Source: the human T2T-CHM13v2.0 reference genome, Homo sapiens
NCBI RefSeq assembly: GCF_009914755.1
Contig: NC_060933.1
Length of the DNA stretch: 64,000 nt
Reading direction: 5' to 3' (one strand)
Shown here: piece by piece, positions 14,985-27,829 of the stretch
Position numbering within the stretch: position 1 is the stretch's first letter
Layout of the letters: the number at the start of each line of letters is the position of its first letter
Position numbers and translations under genes: made by a program
Notes under the pieces: model-generated
Seen by the model: only the letters and a program-made list of their open reading frames with translations
Told to the model about the DNA's origin: nothing
The model's database searches: none

Positions 14985-15345
14985 CAGATGGTCTCTGACT
15001 TAGGATGTTTCACCTTACAATTTTTCAAATTTATGATGGTGCAAAAGGAGTACACATTTAGAAGCCCTACTTTGAGTACCCATACAACCACTGTTTTTTA
15101 TTTTCAAAGAAAAATTCAATAAATTACATGAGATATCCAACACTTCATTATAAAATAAGCTTTGTGTTAGATGATTCTGCGCAACTGTGGACTAACGTAA
15201 GTGTTCTGAACATGTTTCAAATAGGCTAGGGTAAGCTATGATGTTTGGTAGGTTAGATGTATTAAATGCATTTTTGACTTACAATATTTTCAACTTATGA
15301 TGCATTTATCAAGACATAACCCCATATGAAGTCCAGGAGCATTCA
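14985..15345 (-). mobile_element. MER47A-like MITE
   Basis: TA-CAGATGGTCTCTGACTTA...GTCCAGGAGCATTCA-TA; about 360 bp; homologous to 5266-5669. Confidence 0.75.
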
Positions 15346-15763
15346 TATATTCAGGTAAAATATTTTTTCATAAAATCTTTGTAGGTTAAGTTGTATACTT
15401 CATATTGTATCACACAAGAGTGCACATTATATCAGGTCCTCCCAGTAACAGCAATACTAAATCCTATTATTTCATTAAGATAATGATCTCCAGATCTCCC
15501 CATTGGAATGGTAGCAGAGTTTCCTCCTTTGCAATTAGTAAGTAATCTCTGGGGTGATTTGATTTTCCTCAAACTTTTTTACCAGATGGTTTTTAGCATC
15601 AGTTGATGACCTTTACCTAAGTTAATTATTACATTTGAAATTGCAAAATGGTGATTTTCTTATTCTGTAATATTTGTACATTTAATAAAAGGCATCCTTT
15701 TACTGAGAAGAGTTTTAACTTTTTTTCCTCTGATTTTGAGTTTCACTGTGTACTCATATAACC

Positions 15764-16085
15764 TTTTTTTTTTTAAAGATTTTTAAATTTTTTAAATTTT
15801 TATTTTTTTTGAGATGGAGTCTCGCTCTGTTGCTCAGGCTGAAGTGCAGTGGTGTGATCTTGGCTCACTGCAACCTCTGCCTCCTGGATTAAAGTGATTC
15901 TCCTGCCTCAGCCTCCTGAGTAACTGGGATTATGGGTTCTTGCCACCAGGTCTGGCTAATTTTTGTATTTTTAGTAGAGATAAGTTTCACCATGTTGGCC
16001 AGGCTGGTTTCCTGACCTCAAGTGATCTGTCTGCCTCGGCCTCCCAAAGTGCTAGGATTATAGGCATAAGCCACCGTGCCCGGCC
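15764..16085 (-). mobile_element. AluSx/Sz-like
   Basis: Full dimer; CCTCAAGTGATC. Confidence 0.9.
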
Positions 16086-16908
16086 TATAAAATTTTTATT
16101 ATTTAAAATGTAATCAATTGTAATTACTATTCTTTTTGATGGCCAAGTTGTTCCAAGTTTGGACACTGGAAGTTAATTCAATAAGATCCCTGTGTCCTTT
16201 TGTTGTGATTCAGTTGGTCTCTGGGTATGTCTATTACGTTTTGACACAAGATGTCCCAGGTTGCCTTGTACTTTTCTCTGCCTTAGATGTGGAATCAGCC
16301 ATTTCTCCAAAGATACCTAGTTTCTTTTAGTGGGAAGTAGTATTTGGAAACCAAGATTTGGGTGGTACGTTTGTTCATTGCTACCAGTTGTGATGACTGC
16401 TGAGTTCTCCCTATAAACAGAGGTAGGCAAAAATCTCTTAAATTTCCAGTTTATCTATTACTATTTCCCATTTAAAATCTCTTATTTTGAAATTTTCAAA
16501 ATCTCTTACTATTTCCAGTTCAAAATTAATATTAAAGAGTTTTTAAAAACTTGTATTGGCATATTTTTCTTAAACCCAGAAAATCTTTGTTTCTAATAAA
16601 ATTAATGTACAAGTTAGCTTTCTCCTATAATATGTATAAAATAATTTCTACAATATTGTTACCAACAACAAACATACTGAGTGAAGTTTCACATCTCCCT
16701 AGTTCTTTTTGTTGTTGGAATATCACAGTAAGAATAAACAGTCGGCTTACTCTGCTTTAAATAATTCTTTTCTCTGTGTGGTTATCAATTTCATAGTTAG
16801 GTTCATTTGTTACTGCCTGTTTTTCAGATGTATGGTTTGCTTTCTTCTTTTTCAATTTAATTTTTTGAATAAGTAAAACCTTTACATGGTATGCCAGCTA
16901 TTAAATTA

Positions 16909-17870
<962 letters not shown>

Positions 17871-17889
17871 GGTATAACTAAACCTTAAC

Positions 17890-18860
17890 TTAAACATGGT
17901 TCATGCTTAAAAATTATAAGAAGGCTTATTCAGAGGAATCTTTCTTCAATCTCAAACCTTTCTATCCCAATCCCATCTATTCTCTAGAAGTAATCATTGC
18001 ATTAGTCATTGTATCTTTCTGTATTTGTTTTGGCTAAACAAGTTAAACACACACACACACACATTTTCTCTCTCGTGGTCTCTCTCCCTCTCTCACACAC
18101 ACGCATTTTCTCTTTTTATTACAAAAGATAGAATAATATAGATACTTTTTTGTGCCTTTTTTTCCCCTAAATAATATATCTTGAAAATAAGGATATGCAC
18201 TTAATTCTTAGAGAATGAATATCATACCAATTCTTAGAGATTTTCTCCATTGATAGATATACCATGGTTTATTCCACTAATCTCTGATTTATGGGCATTT
18301 GGGTATGTTTCTGTGTCAATGGGTAAATGCATACATAATTTTATTACTATTCATCAAGTATTCTTCTATAGAGCTGTATCATTTCCCGTTATTTGTAATC
18401 TATGAAAGGTTTGTTTCTCTGTAGTTTTGCCAATTGAGTGTGCTGTCAATTTTTTGAATTTCTGCCAATTTGATAGGTGAGAAATGGCAGCTTCGTGTTA
18501 ATTTGCATTTCTTTTACAGTAGTAAAATTGAAGCTCTTTTCATATGTGTCAGGGTTGTGTTACTTTCTTTTTCTATGAGCTGTCTATCTAGATTTCCTAT
18601 TGTATTTTTGGTCTTTTTCTTCTTGATTGTTGAGTAGATTAGATACCAAGGAGATTAGCTCTTATTTGTGATATATGTTGCAAATAATTTTTTCAGTTTG
18701 CAATTTCTCTTGATTTTTGCTTATAGTGCAAATATTTTTAAATTTTCTTATAGTCAAATTTTTAATCATTTCTTTGACTGTTTTCATCTTCTGAACTAAA
18801 GTCAGAAAGTGCTCTAGTACAACCATCGTTTTGATATTGAAGAATTCTTTCATGTTCTAT
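17890..18860 (-). mobile_element. Ancient L1ME fragments with a (CA)n/(CT)n repeat at 18047-18110
   Basis: GCCAATTTGATAGGTGAGAAATGG; TTGCAAATAATTTTTTCAG. Confidence 0.5.
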
Positions 18861-19292
18861 ATGGGTTTTTTTCATAGTACTGTAGTATCATTTTATGAAA
18901 TTAGTAACTTCTTATATCTCTCAGAGGATGTCAACTGGGAACTTCAAAAGTTCTCTTTTTCTGGAAATATCTGTTAAACTGGAATCAATTTTTCTGTTTA
19001 TTTTTCTTTGTCATTCTTTTTCATGATGCATATTTTTCTTGAAAATCTAGTTAGCTCTGCGGCTCTCTCTTAAATATAAAACTATCTGAGGGGTTGTCAA
19101 TATAAGGACTTCTCTTTGGGTTGTGTGTTCAGGGACCTGGCTATTCACCGTAAGAGGAGTTCCAAGTGTCTGAATGAAGAGGCCATTCTCTAGGTTGCTA
19201 ACAAACTCATCTCTAATAGCTGTTCTGAGTAGGAGAAGAAATCATCACTTATAGGTATATGCTATAGTATTTGTGTTAAGATTATAATTTGT

Positions 19293-19662
<370 letters not shown>

Positions 19663-19674
19663 TTAAGCCTCACT

Positions 19675-22600
19675 TTTTCTCTTTTTTTTTTTAAAAAAAA
19701 CATTTATTTTAAGTTCAGGGATAGATGTGCAGGTTTCTTATATTGGTAAACTTGTCATAGGAGTTTATTGTACAGATTATTTTATTACCCAGGTATTAAG
19801 CCTAGTACCCATTTTTTTTTCTGACCTTCTCCCTCCTCTCACCGTGCACCCTGCCCCAGTGTGTGTTGTTCCCCTCTATGTGTCCATATGTTCTCATCAT
19901 TTAGCTCCCACTTTCAAGTGAGAACATGCGGTATTTGGTGTTCTGTTTCTGTGTTAGTTTGCTGAGGATAATGGCCTCCAGCTCCATCCATGTTCCTGCA
20001 AAGTACATGATATCATTCTTTTTTTATGGCTGCATAGTGTTCCATAGAGTATATGTTCCACATTTTATTTATCCAGCCTATCACTGATGGGCATTTAGGT
20101 TAATTCCATGTCTTTGCTATTGTGAATAGTGCTGCAATGAACATACATGTACATTTATCTTTATAATAGCACAATTTATATTTTTGGGGTATATCCCCAA
20201 TAATGGGATTGCTGGGTTGAATGACATTTCTGTTGATAGGTCTTTGAGGAATTGTCACACTGTTTTCCATAATGGTTGAACTAATTTATACTCCCATCAA
20301 CAGTGTATAAGCATTCCTTTTTCTCTGCAACCTTGCCAGCATCTGCTATTTTTTGACTTTTTAGTAATAGCCATTCTGACTGGTGTGAGGTGGTATCTCA
20401 CTGTGGCTTTGATTTGCATTTCTCTAATGATCAGTGATATTGAGCTTTTTTTCACATGCTGTTGGTTGCATATATGTCTTCTTTTGAAAAGGGTCTGTTC
20501 ATTTCCTTTGCCCACTTTTTTTTTCTTGTAAATTTAAGTTTCTTATAGATGATGGATATTAAGCCTTTGTTGGATGTGTAGCTTGCAAAAATTTCCTTCC
20601 ATTCTGTAGGTTGTCTGCTCACTCTGTTGATAGTTTCCTTTGTTGTGCAGAAGCACTTTAGTTTAACTAGATCCCATTTGTCAATTTTTGCTTTTGTTGC
20701 AATTGCTTTTGGTGTTTTTGCCATGAAATCTTTGCCTGTCCCTATGCCCTTAATGGTATTACCTAGGTTTTCTTCCAGGCTTTTTATAGTTTTGGGTTTT
20801 GCATTTAGGTCTTTAATACATCTTGAGTTAATTTTTGTATACAGTGTAAAGAAGGGGTCCAATTTCAATGTTCTGTATATGGCTAGCCAGTTATTTCAGC
20901 ACCATTTATTGAATAGGAAATCCCTTCCCCATTGCTTGTTTTTTGTCAGGTTTGTCAAAGATCAGATAGTTGTATATGTGTGGCCCTATTTCTGGGTTCT
21001 CTATTCTGAGCCATTGGTCTATGTGTCTATTTTTGTATTAGTACCATGCTGTTTTGGTTACTATAGTTCTGTAATATAGTTTGAAGCTGGGTAGTGTGAT
21101 GCCTCTAGCTTTGTTCTTTTGCTTAAGATTGCTTTGGCTCTTTGGGCTCTTTTTTGGTTCCATATGAATTTAAATTTTTTTTCTAGTTCTGTGAAGAATC
21201 TCAATGGTAGTTTATATAGGTCTATTAAATCCTATAGTTTAATAGGAATAGCGTTGAATCTGCAAGTTGCTTTGGGCATTATGGCCATTCTTACAGTATT
21301 GATTCTTCCTATCCATGAGCATGGAATTTTTTTCCATTTGTTGTGTCATTTCTGATTTCTTTGAGCAGTGGTTTGTATTATCCTTATAGAGATCTTTCAT
21401 ATCCCTTGTTAGCTAAATTCCTAGGTATTTATTCTTTTGTGGCAGTTGTGAATGGGATTGCATTCCCAATTTAGCTCTTGGGTTGACTGTTGTTGGTACA
21501 TAGGAATGTTAGTGATTTTTGCTCATTGATTTTTATATCCTGATACTTTGTTGAAGTTGTTTATCAGCTTAAGAAGCTTTTGGGCTGAGACTATGGGGTT
21601 TTCTAGATACAGAATCATGTTGTCTGCAAACAGGAATAGTTTGACTTCCTCTCTTCCTATTTGGATGCCCTTTGTTTCTTTCTCTTGCCTAATTTCCTTG
21701 GCCAGGACTTCCGAACTATGTTGAATAGGAGTGGTGAGAGAAGGCATTCTTGTCTTTGCTGGTTTTCAAAGGGAATGCTTCCAGCTTTTGCCCATTCAGT
21801 ATGATGATGGCTGTGGGTTTGTCATAGATAGCTCTTATTATTTTGAGGTATGTTCCTTCAATACCCAGTTTGAGAGTTTTTAACATGAAGGAGTGTTGAA
21901 TTTTATCAAAAGCCTTTTCTATGTCTATTGAGATAATCATGTGGGTGTTATCTTTAGTTCTGTTTATGTGATAAATAACATGTATTGATTTGTGTACATT
22001 GAACCAACCTTGCATCCCAGGGATAAAGCCTACTTGATTGTGGTGGATTAGCTTTTTAATATACTGCCGGATTTGGTGTTCCAGTATTTTGTTGAGAATT
22101 TTGGCATTGATATTCATCAAGGGTATTGGCCTGAAGTTTTCTTTTCTCTTATTTTTTTAAATCTCTGCCAGGTTTTGATATCAGGGTGATGCTAGCCTTA
22201 TAGGATGAGTTGAGGAGGAGTCCCTGCTCTGTATTTTTTTTTGGAATAGTTTTAGCATGAATGGTACCAGCTCTTCTTTGTACATCTGGTAGAATTCAGC
22301 TGTGAATGTATCTGGTCCTGGGCCTTTTTTGGTTGGTAGGCTATTTATTACTGACTCAATTTCAGAGCTTGTTACTGATCTGTTCAGAGAATCAGTTTCT
22401 TCCTGGTTCAGTCTTGGCAGGGTACATGTATCTAGGCATTTACCCATTTCTTCTAGATTTTCTAGTTTGTGTGCATAGAGGTGTTCATAATATTCTCTGC
22501 TGGTGGTTTGTATTTTGGTGGTGTCATGGTAATATCCACCTTGTTATTTCTGATTGGGTTTATTTGAATCTTCTCTTTTTTGTGTGTGTCTAGCTAGTGG

Positions 22601-25108
22601 TCTGTTTAATTTTTTTTTTTAAAGCTCCTGGATTTGTTGATCTTTTGAATGGTTTTTCATGTCTCAATATCCTTCACTTCATCTCTGATTTTGGTTATTT
22701 CTTGTCTTCTAGCTTTCAAATTTGTTTGCTCATGGTTCTCTAGTTCTTTTAGTTGTGATGTTAGGTTGCTAAGATCTTTCTAACTTTTTGATGTGGGCAT
22801 GTAGTGCTATGTATTTCCCTCTTAACACTGCTTTAGCGGTGTCCCAGAGATTCTGGTATGTTGTGTCTTTGTTCTCATTGGTTTCAAAGAGCTTATTTAT
22901 TTCTGCCTTAATTTCATTATTTACCTAGTAGTCTCTCAGGAGCAGGTTATTCAGTTTCCATGTAATTGCATAGTTTTGAGTGAATTTTTCATCTTGATTT
23001 CTAATTTGATTGCACTGTGGTTCAAGAGAAGCATAGTGTAGTTCTTTTGCATTTGTTGAGGAGTGTTTTACTTTGAATTATGTGTTTGATTTTAGAGTAT
23101 GTGCCACATGGCAATGAGAAGAATATATATTCTGTTGTTTTCAGTGGCAAGTTCTATACATATCTATCAGGTTCATTTGATCCAGTGCTGAGTTCAGATC
23201 TTAAATATCTTTGTTAATTTTCTGTCTTGACGACCTGTCTAATGTTGTCAGTGGGGTGTTAGAGTCTCCCACTATTATTGTGTGGCAGTCTAAATGTATT
23301 TGAACGTCTCTAAGAACTTGATTTATGAATCTGGGTGCTCTTGTGTTAGATGCATATATATTTAGGTTAGTTAAATCTTTTTATTGAGTTGAATCATTTA
23401 CCATTAAGTAATACCCTTCTTTGCCTTTTTAAAAAAACTTTGTTGGTTTAAAGTCTCTTTAGTCAGAAACTAGGATTGCAACCCTTGTTTTTTTGTTTCC
23501 CATTTGCTTGGCAGATTTTTCTCCATCCCTTTATTTTCAGCCTATGTGTGCCATTACATGTGAGGTAGGTCTCTTAAAGACAGCATACCAATGAGTCCTG
23601 GTTCTTTATCCAGCTTGCCACTCTGTGTCTTTTAATTGGGGCATTTAGCACATTTACATTTAAGGTTGTTATTGATATGTGTGGATCTGATCCTGTCATC
23701 ATGATGTTAGCTGGTTATTTTTCAGACTTGTTTATGTGGTTACTTCAGTGTTACTGGTCTGTGTCCTTCAGTGTGTTTTTGAAGTGGCAGGTAACAGTCT
23801 TTCCTTTCCATATTTAGTTCTTCCTTGTAAGGCAAGTCTGGTGGTAATAAATTTCCTCAGCATTTTCTTGTCTGAAAAGAATCTTATTTCTCCTTCACTT
23901 ATGAAGCATATATTGGCTGGATATGAAACTTTGGGTTGGAATTTCTTTTCTTCTAGAATGTTGAATATTGGCAGCCCCCTCCCCCTTCTGGCTTGTAGGG
24001 TTTCTGCTGAGAGGTCTGCAGTTAGTCTGTTGCCTTCCCTTTGTAGGTGACATGACCTTTTCATATTTAGTTCTTCCTTCAGGAGCTCTCCTGTAAGGCA
24101 AGTCTGGTGGTAACAAATTTCCTCAGCATTTTCTTATCTGAAAAGAATCTTATTTCTCCTTTACTTAAGATGCTTAGTTTGGCTGGATATGAAATTTTGG
24201 GTTGGAATTTCTTCTCTTTAAGAATATTGAAAATTGGCCCCCAATCTCTTCTGGCTTTTAGGGTTTCTGCTGAGAGGTCTGCAGTTAGTCTGATGTTCTT
24301 CCCTTTGTAGGTGACCTGACCTTTCTCTCTAGCTGCCTTTAGCATTTTTTCTTTCTTTTTGGCCTTGGAGAATCTAATGATTACGTGTCCTTGGGATGAT
24401 CCTTTTGTAAAATATCCTACTAGGGTTCTCTGCATTTCCTATATGTGAATGTTGGCCTCTCTAGATTGGAGAAGTTTTCCTGGATGATATCCTGAAGTAT
24501 GTTTTCCAAGTTGGTTCCCTTTCAGGGACACCAATGAGTCTGAATTGTCTCTTTACATAATCCCATATTTCTCAGAGGATTTGTTTATTCATTTTTATTA
24601 TTATTTTTTCTCTATTTTTGTCTGTCTTATTTCAGAAAGCCAGTCTTCAAGCTCTGGGATTCTTTCCTTCACTTGGTCTATTCTGCTATTAACACTTGTG
24701 ATTGCATTATGAAATTCTTGTATTGTGTTTTTCATTTCTATCAGGTTGGTTATGTTCTTTTCTATATCGGCTATTTTGTATTTCAGCTCCTGCATTGTTC
24801 TATCATAATTTTTAGTTTCCTTGCATTGGGTTTCTACATAATCCTGTAGCTCAATGGTCTTTCTTCCTATCCATATTCTGAATTTGATTTCTGTCATTTC
24901 AGCCATCTCAGCCTGGTCCAGAATCCTTGCTGGAGTGGTGATGTGGTCATTTGGAGGAAAGAAGGCATTCTGTCTGGCTTTTTGAGTTCTCAGGGTTCTT
25001 AAGTTGTTTCTTTCTCATCTTTGTGGGCTTATCTATGTTTAGTTTTTGAGGTCACTGACCTTTGGATTTTTTTTTATCCTATTTGATGACTTTGAGAGTT
25101 TGATTGTG
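19675..25108 (-). mobile_element. L1PA13-like LINE-1 (3'UTR, ORF2, ORF1; most of the 5'UTR missing), inactive
   Basis: 3' end TTGTACAGATTATTTTATTACCCAGGTATTAAGCCTAGTACCC; ORF track gives RT/ORF2 pieces ([13 protein letters not shown]) and ORF1 pieces, all frameshifted. Confidence 0.9.
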
Positions 25109-25124
25109 GCCTCATTGTGGGCGG

Positions 25125-25193
25125 GAACTGTACAATGGTATGAATACCGGAGACAAAAACCACTGGGGATCTTCTTAGAGGCTGCTTACCACA
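25125..25193 (-). mobile_element. MLT1E/F-like LTR end fragment
   Basis: GAATACC...TCTTAGAGGCTGCTTACCACA. Confidence 0.45.
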
Positions 25194-25519
25194 AATGGAT
25201 AGGCAATATCCAGGCAGACAGTGGATACAGGAAGCAATAGACAATACTGAAGATCTCCTGAGCATGGTGGGTTTGAGTGTAGACACAGATGGATTCATAC
25301 TCATATAAAACTGAATTATTATCTCTATTTTGTAGCATTAAGAAAAAAAAGTGTGGTTAGAATTCTTTTGGAAATAAATGTAAATGTTTGTCCAAAGTGG
25401 TTGTCTTTCAACATTTATTCAACAAATGTTCATAGTGTAACTTTTTGCACTGGACAAGGAACTAGACTAATTTATTATACTTGGTCCCCCCAAAATTTGC
25501 ATTTTTATTTAATATTGCA

Positions 25520-25625
25520 TTATTATTGATATATTTTACAGATGAAGAAACAGAATGAAAATGACAGGCCCAAGGCTGCTTAACTCAAGTGACAGAGTTG
25601 AGTTTCATCTCTGGGTCTTCTCTTC
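25520..25625 (-). mobile_element. MIR
   Basis: MIR core ATTTTACAGATGAAGAAACAGA...GCCCAAGG. Confidence 0.6.
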
Positions 25626-26739
25626 TGTTATGTGTTGTCTCCAACAAAGACTTCAGTCTTCACAAACTGAAGTTCTGGGATAGTTCTACCATTTGGGTTG
25701 ATAAAAGGCAGAGCTGAGTCTTATACCTGATAACATAATGAGAACAGATACTTTGGAGCTGATCTCCACCCTTTGAACCATCCTATTGAGAAAACCAATG
25801 GGGCCCTCTGAGGATACAGGAAGAAACTGTGTTAGAACCACTGAGCAACAAAGTCTGTTTTTAAGTAAGAAGAAATTTCATTGCTTTCAGCATCCCTTGA
25901 CCCACTGTAGTATAAGATTGATTTTTATTCCAACCTCCAGAAGAAGAAGAACATATTTCCCTACTTTCTGTTTCCCTATATAGATATACTTATCTACATG
26001 CTTATTCAGCAAATCAGCTACAAGTTTTTTAAAGGTAAAAATAATTCTCAATAACCTGGTAGTGTTTCATCTGGCTTGAGAAAGATGAAGTCTATATTTT
26101 TTCAGGCAACAATAATTACTAAACTTCTGTGTAGACATGCAGACCACCAAAATGTTGATTTAATTTAATGAGCATAGTGATGAGTATTAAACTACCAAAC
26201 AGCACATCAGTGCCTCAGGATGTCAGGTTCGCCTGGGTCTAAGTAATTCACTTGGGATCAACTTTGAGACTTCTTACAGAGTAGATCCTGGGTTTTAAAA
26301 CATTCAGAATTGTGGCTATACCATTTACCTAGGATTAACAAAGATGGTTGTGACCTGCTCAAAAGATTTTTAAAGAGAAATAATGTTGGAGGGCTGTAGG
26401 AAACTGCTTTTGCTGGATAGAAATATCTCTACTGGAGCTTTATCCAGTAATATCGCCATCTAGTATCCCTTTTCTGTGCGTCAGTATTACTACTGTCATC
26501 TTTGGTTGAGACTGTTTTTCCTTCCCACTGGCCTTAGATATTATCATGACTTACTTCTGATTATAACACCAAGGGAGTCTGGGTCTCTATAAAGTTTCAC
26601 TTACCTAGCGAGAGAGGATCTGTATTAGTTTTCTTTTGAAACAAGAAAACTAGTCTTTTCTTAATCTGTTACAGTCTCCTTATTTTGGAACCCGTCTTTT
26701 TTGACTTTCCTGAGTTTGTTTCTATGTCAATTACTCTTT

Positions 26740-26964
26740 ATTATAACACCCTGTTTCTTTCCTTTAAATTGCTTATCCCAGTCTGTAATGATCTTATTTG
26801 CTGATGTATGTGTTTATTATCTGCTTTTTTCCACTAGGATATAGGCTATATTTATGTGAATACCATGTCTGCTTTTGCTCACCACTCTTCCCCAGCACCC
26901 AGCCCAGTGCCTGAACCATACACAGATGTCACGTAGTCATTTGTTGAATGAATGAATGAATGAA
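26740..26964 (+). mobile_element. L2 3' end
   Basis: CCCAGCACCCAGCCCAGTGCCTG...ATTTGTTGAATGAATGAATGAATGAA. Confidence 0.75.
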
Positions 26965-26999
26965 AGACTATTTATTAAATACTCAAAGTGAAACTAGCA

Positions 27000-27462
27000 G
27001 ATAACATTGATGCTCTGCCCATATTTCCTCCCTGTTGCTGCTTCAGGGCACACTAGCTCTCTTCAACAGCACTCAATTATCTGAGGCCTTTCTTTTCTTT
27101 TTTTGGGGCCACTGAATTCTGCTTTCCACCCCCAAAACGTTGGGAAGTACCTGGAAATTAATAGACACCTGGGAGTAGCCCTTAACCTGAACTGATTGGA
27201 GTAGAGATACAGATATCCCAGCTCCCTTGTCCTTGGGTGGCATAACTGAGGCATTTTTACACTGGTTTGCAGAGTTGGCCCAGCAGAATTAAGCGCCAAT
27301 CTCAGTGTGCCAGCTGCCTTGACACTGCACCCTTTATTAGGTCCTTTCCATTTCTTTCTCACCTCCCTTCTCAACTCCCCTGTGTTTCCCCTGACTTCCC
27401 AAATAAATCACTTGCACTTGAAATTTCATCTCAGAGACTTTTCTGGAGAACCCAAGCCAAGA
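27000..27462 (+). mobile_element. LTR16-family ERVL LTR
   Basis: CCCAGCTCCCTTGTCCTTGGGTGGCATAACTGAGGC; CCCAAATAAATCACTTGCAC...GAACCCAAGCCAAGA. Confidence 0.65.
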
Positions 27463-27829
27463 TGGATAGGAAACAAAAGTTCACGAAAGCTTTACAGGCA
27501 TTCTGTTTCTAAATGAAGGATGATGCGTCTGTTCTGAAATGAAAGTAAGTCAGAAAAAAGGTCAGTTTCTTTTCTAAAACATAGGCCTTATTATCTTTTG
27601 ATAAGTCTTTTGGATCTTTTGATTAGTTTACATATTAAAAGCATGGCATCTTTAACAGATTATTCTTTCAACTTTGGTTTTTAATATATATTTCTGGATC
27701 ACCATCTGGGCAATTGGAAACATGCATTTTGTGAGTCACCATGAAGAAATATGGTCAATAATTAAGCAGTCATGTATAGCACACTTACTTTACGAAAAGA
27801 AATGAAAACATGTTAGAGGATCCACATTT

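Larger units (their letters stand above)
14850..16900 (-). mobile_element. Ancient L1ME/L1MC-type 3' region
   Basis: TGTAGAATATCCCACATTCTGG; AATCAGCCATTTCTCCAAAG...GAAACCAAGATTTGGG; boundaries approximate. Confidence 0.55.

Noticed and set aside
26178-26280. Box C motif GTGATGA (possible C/D snoRNA)
   Set aside because: No suitably spaced CTGA D box or terminal stem
26410-26450. Hairpin TTGCTGGATAGA...TTTATCCAGTAA
   Set aside because: The stem of about 12 bp is too short for a pre-miRNA and does not extend
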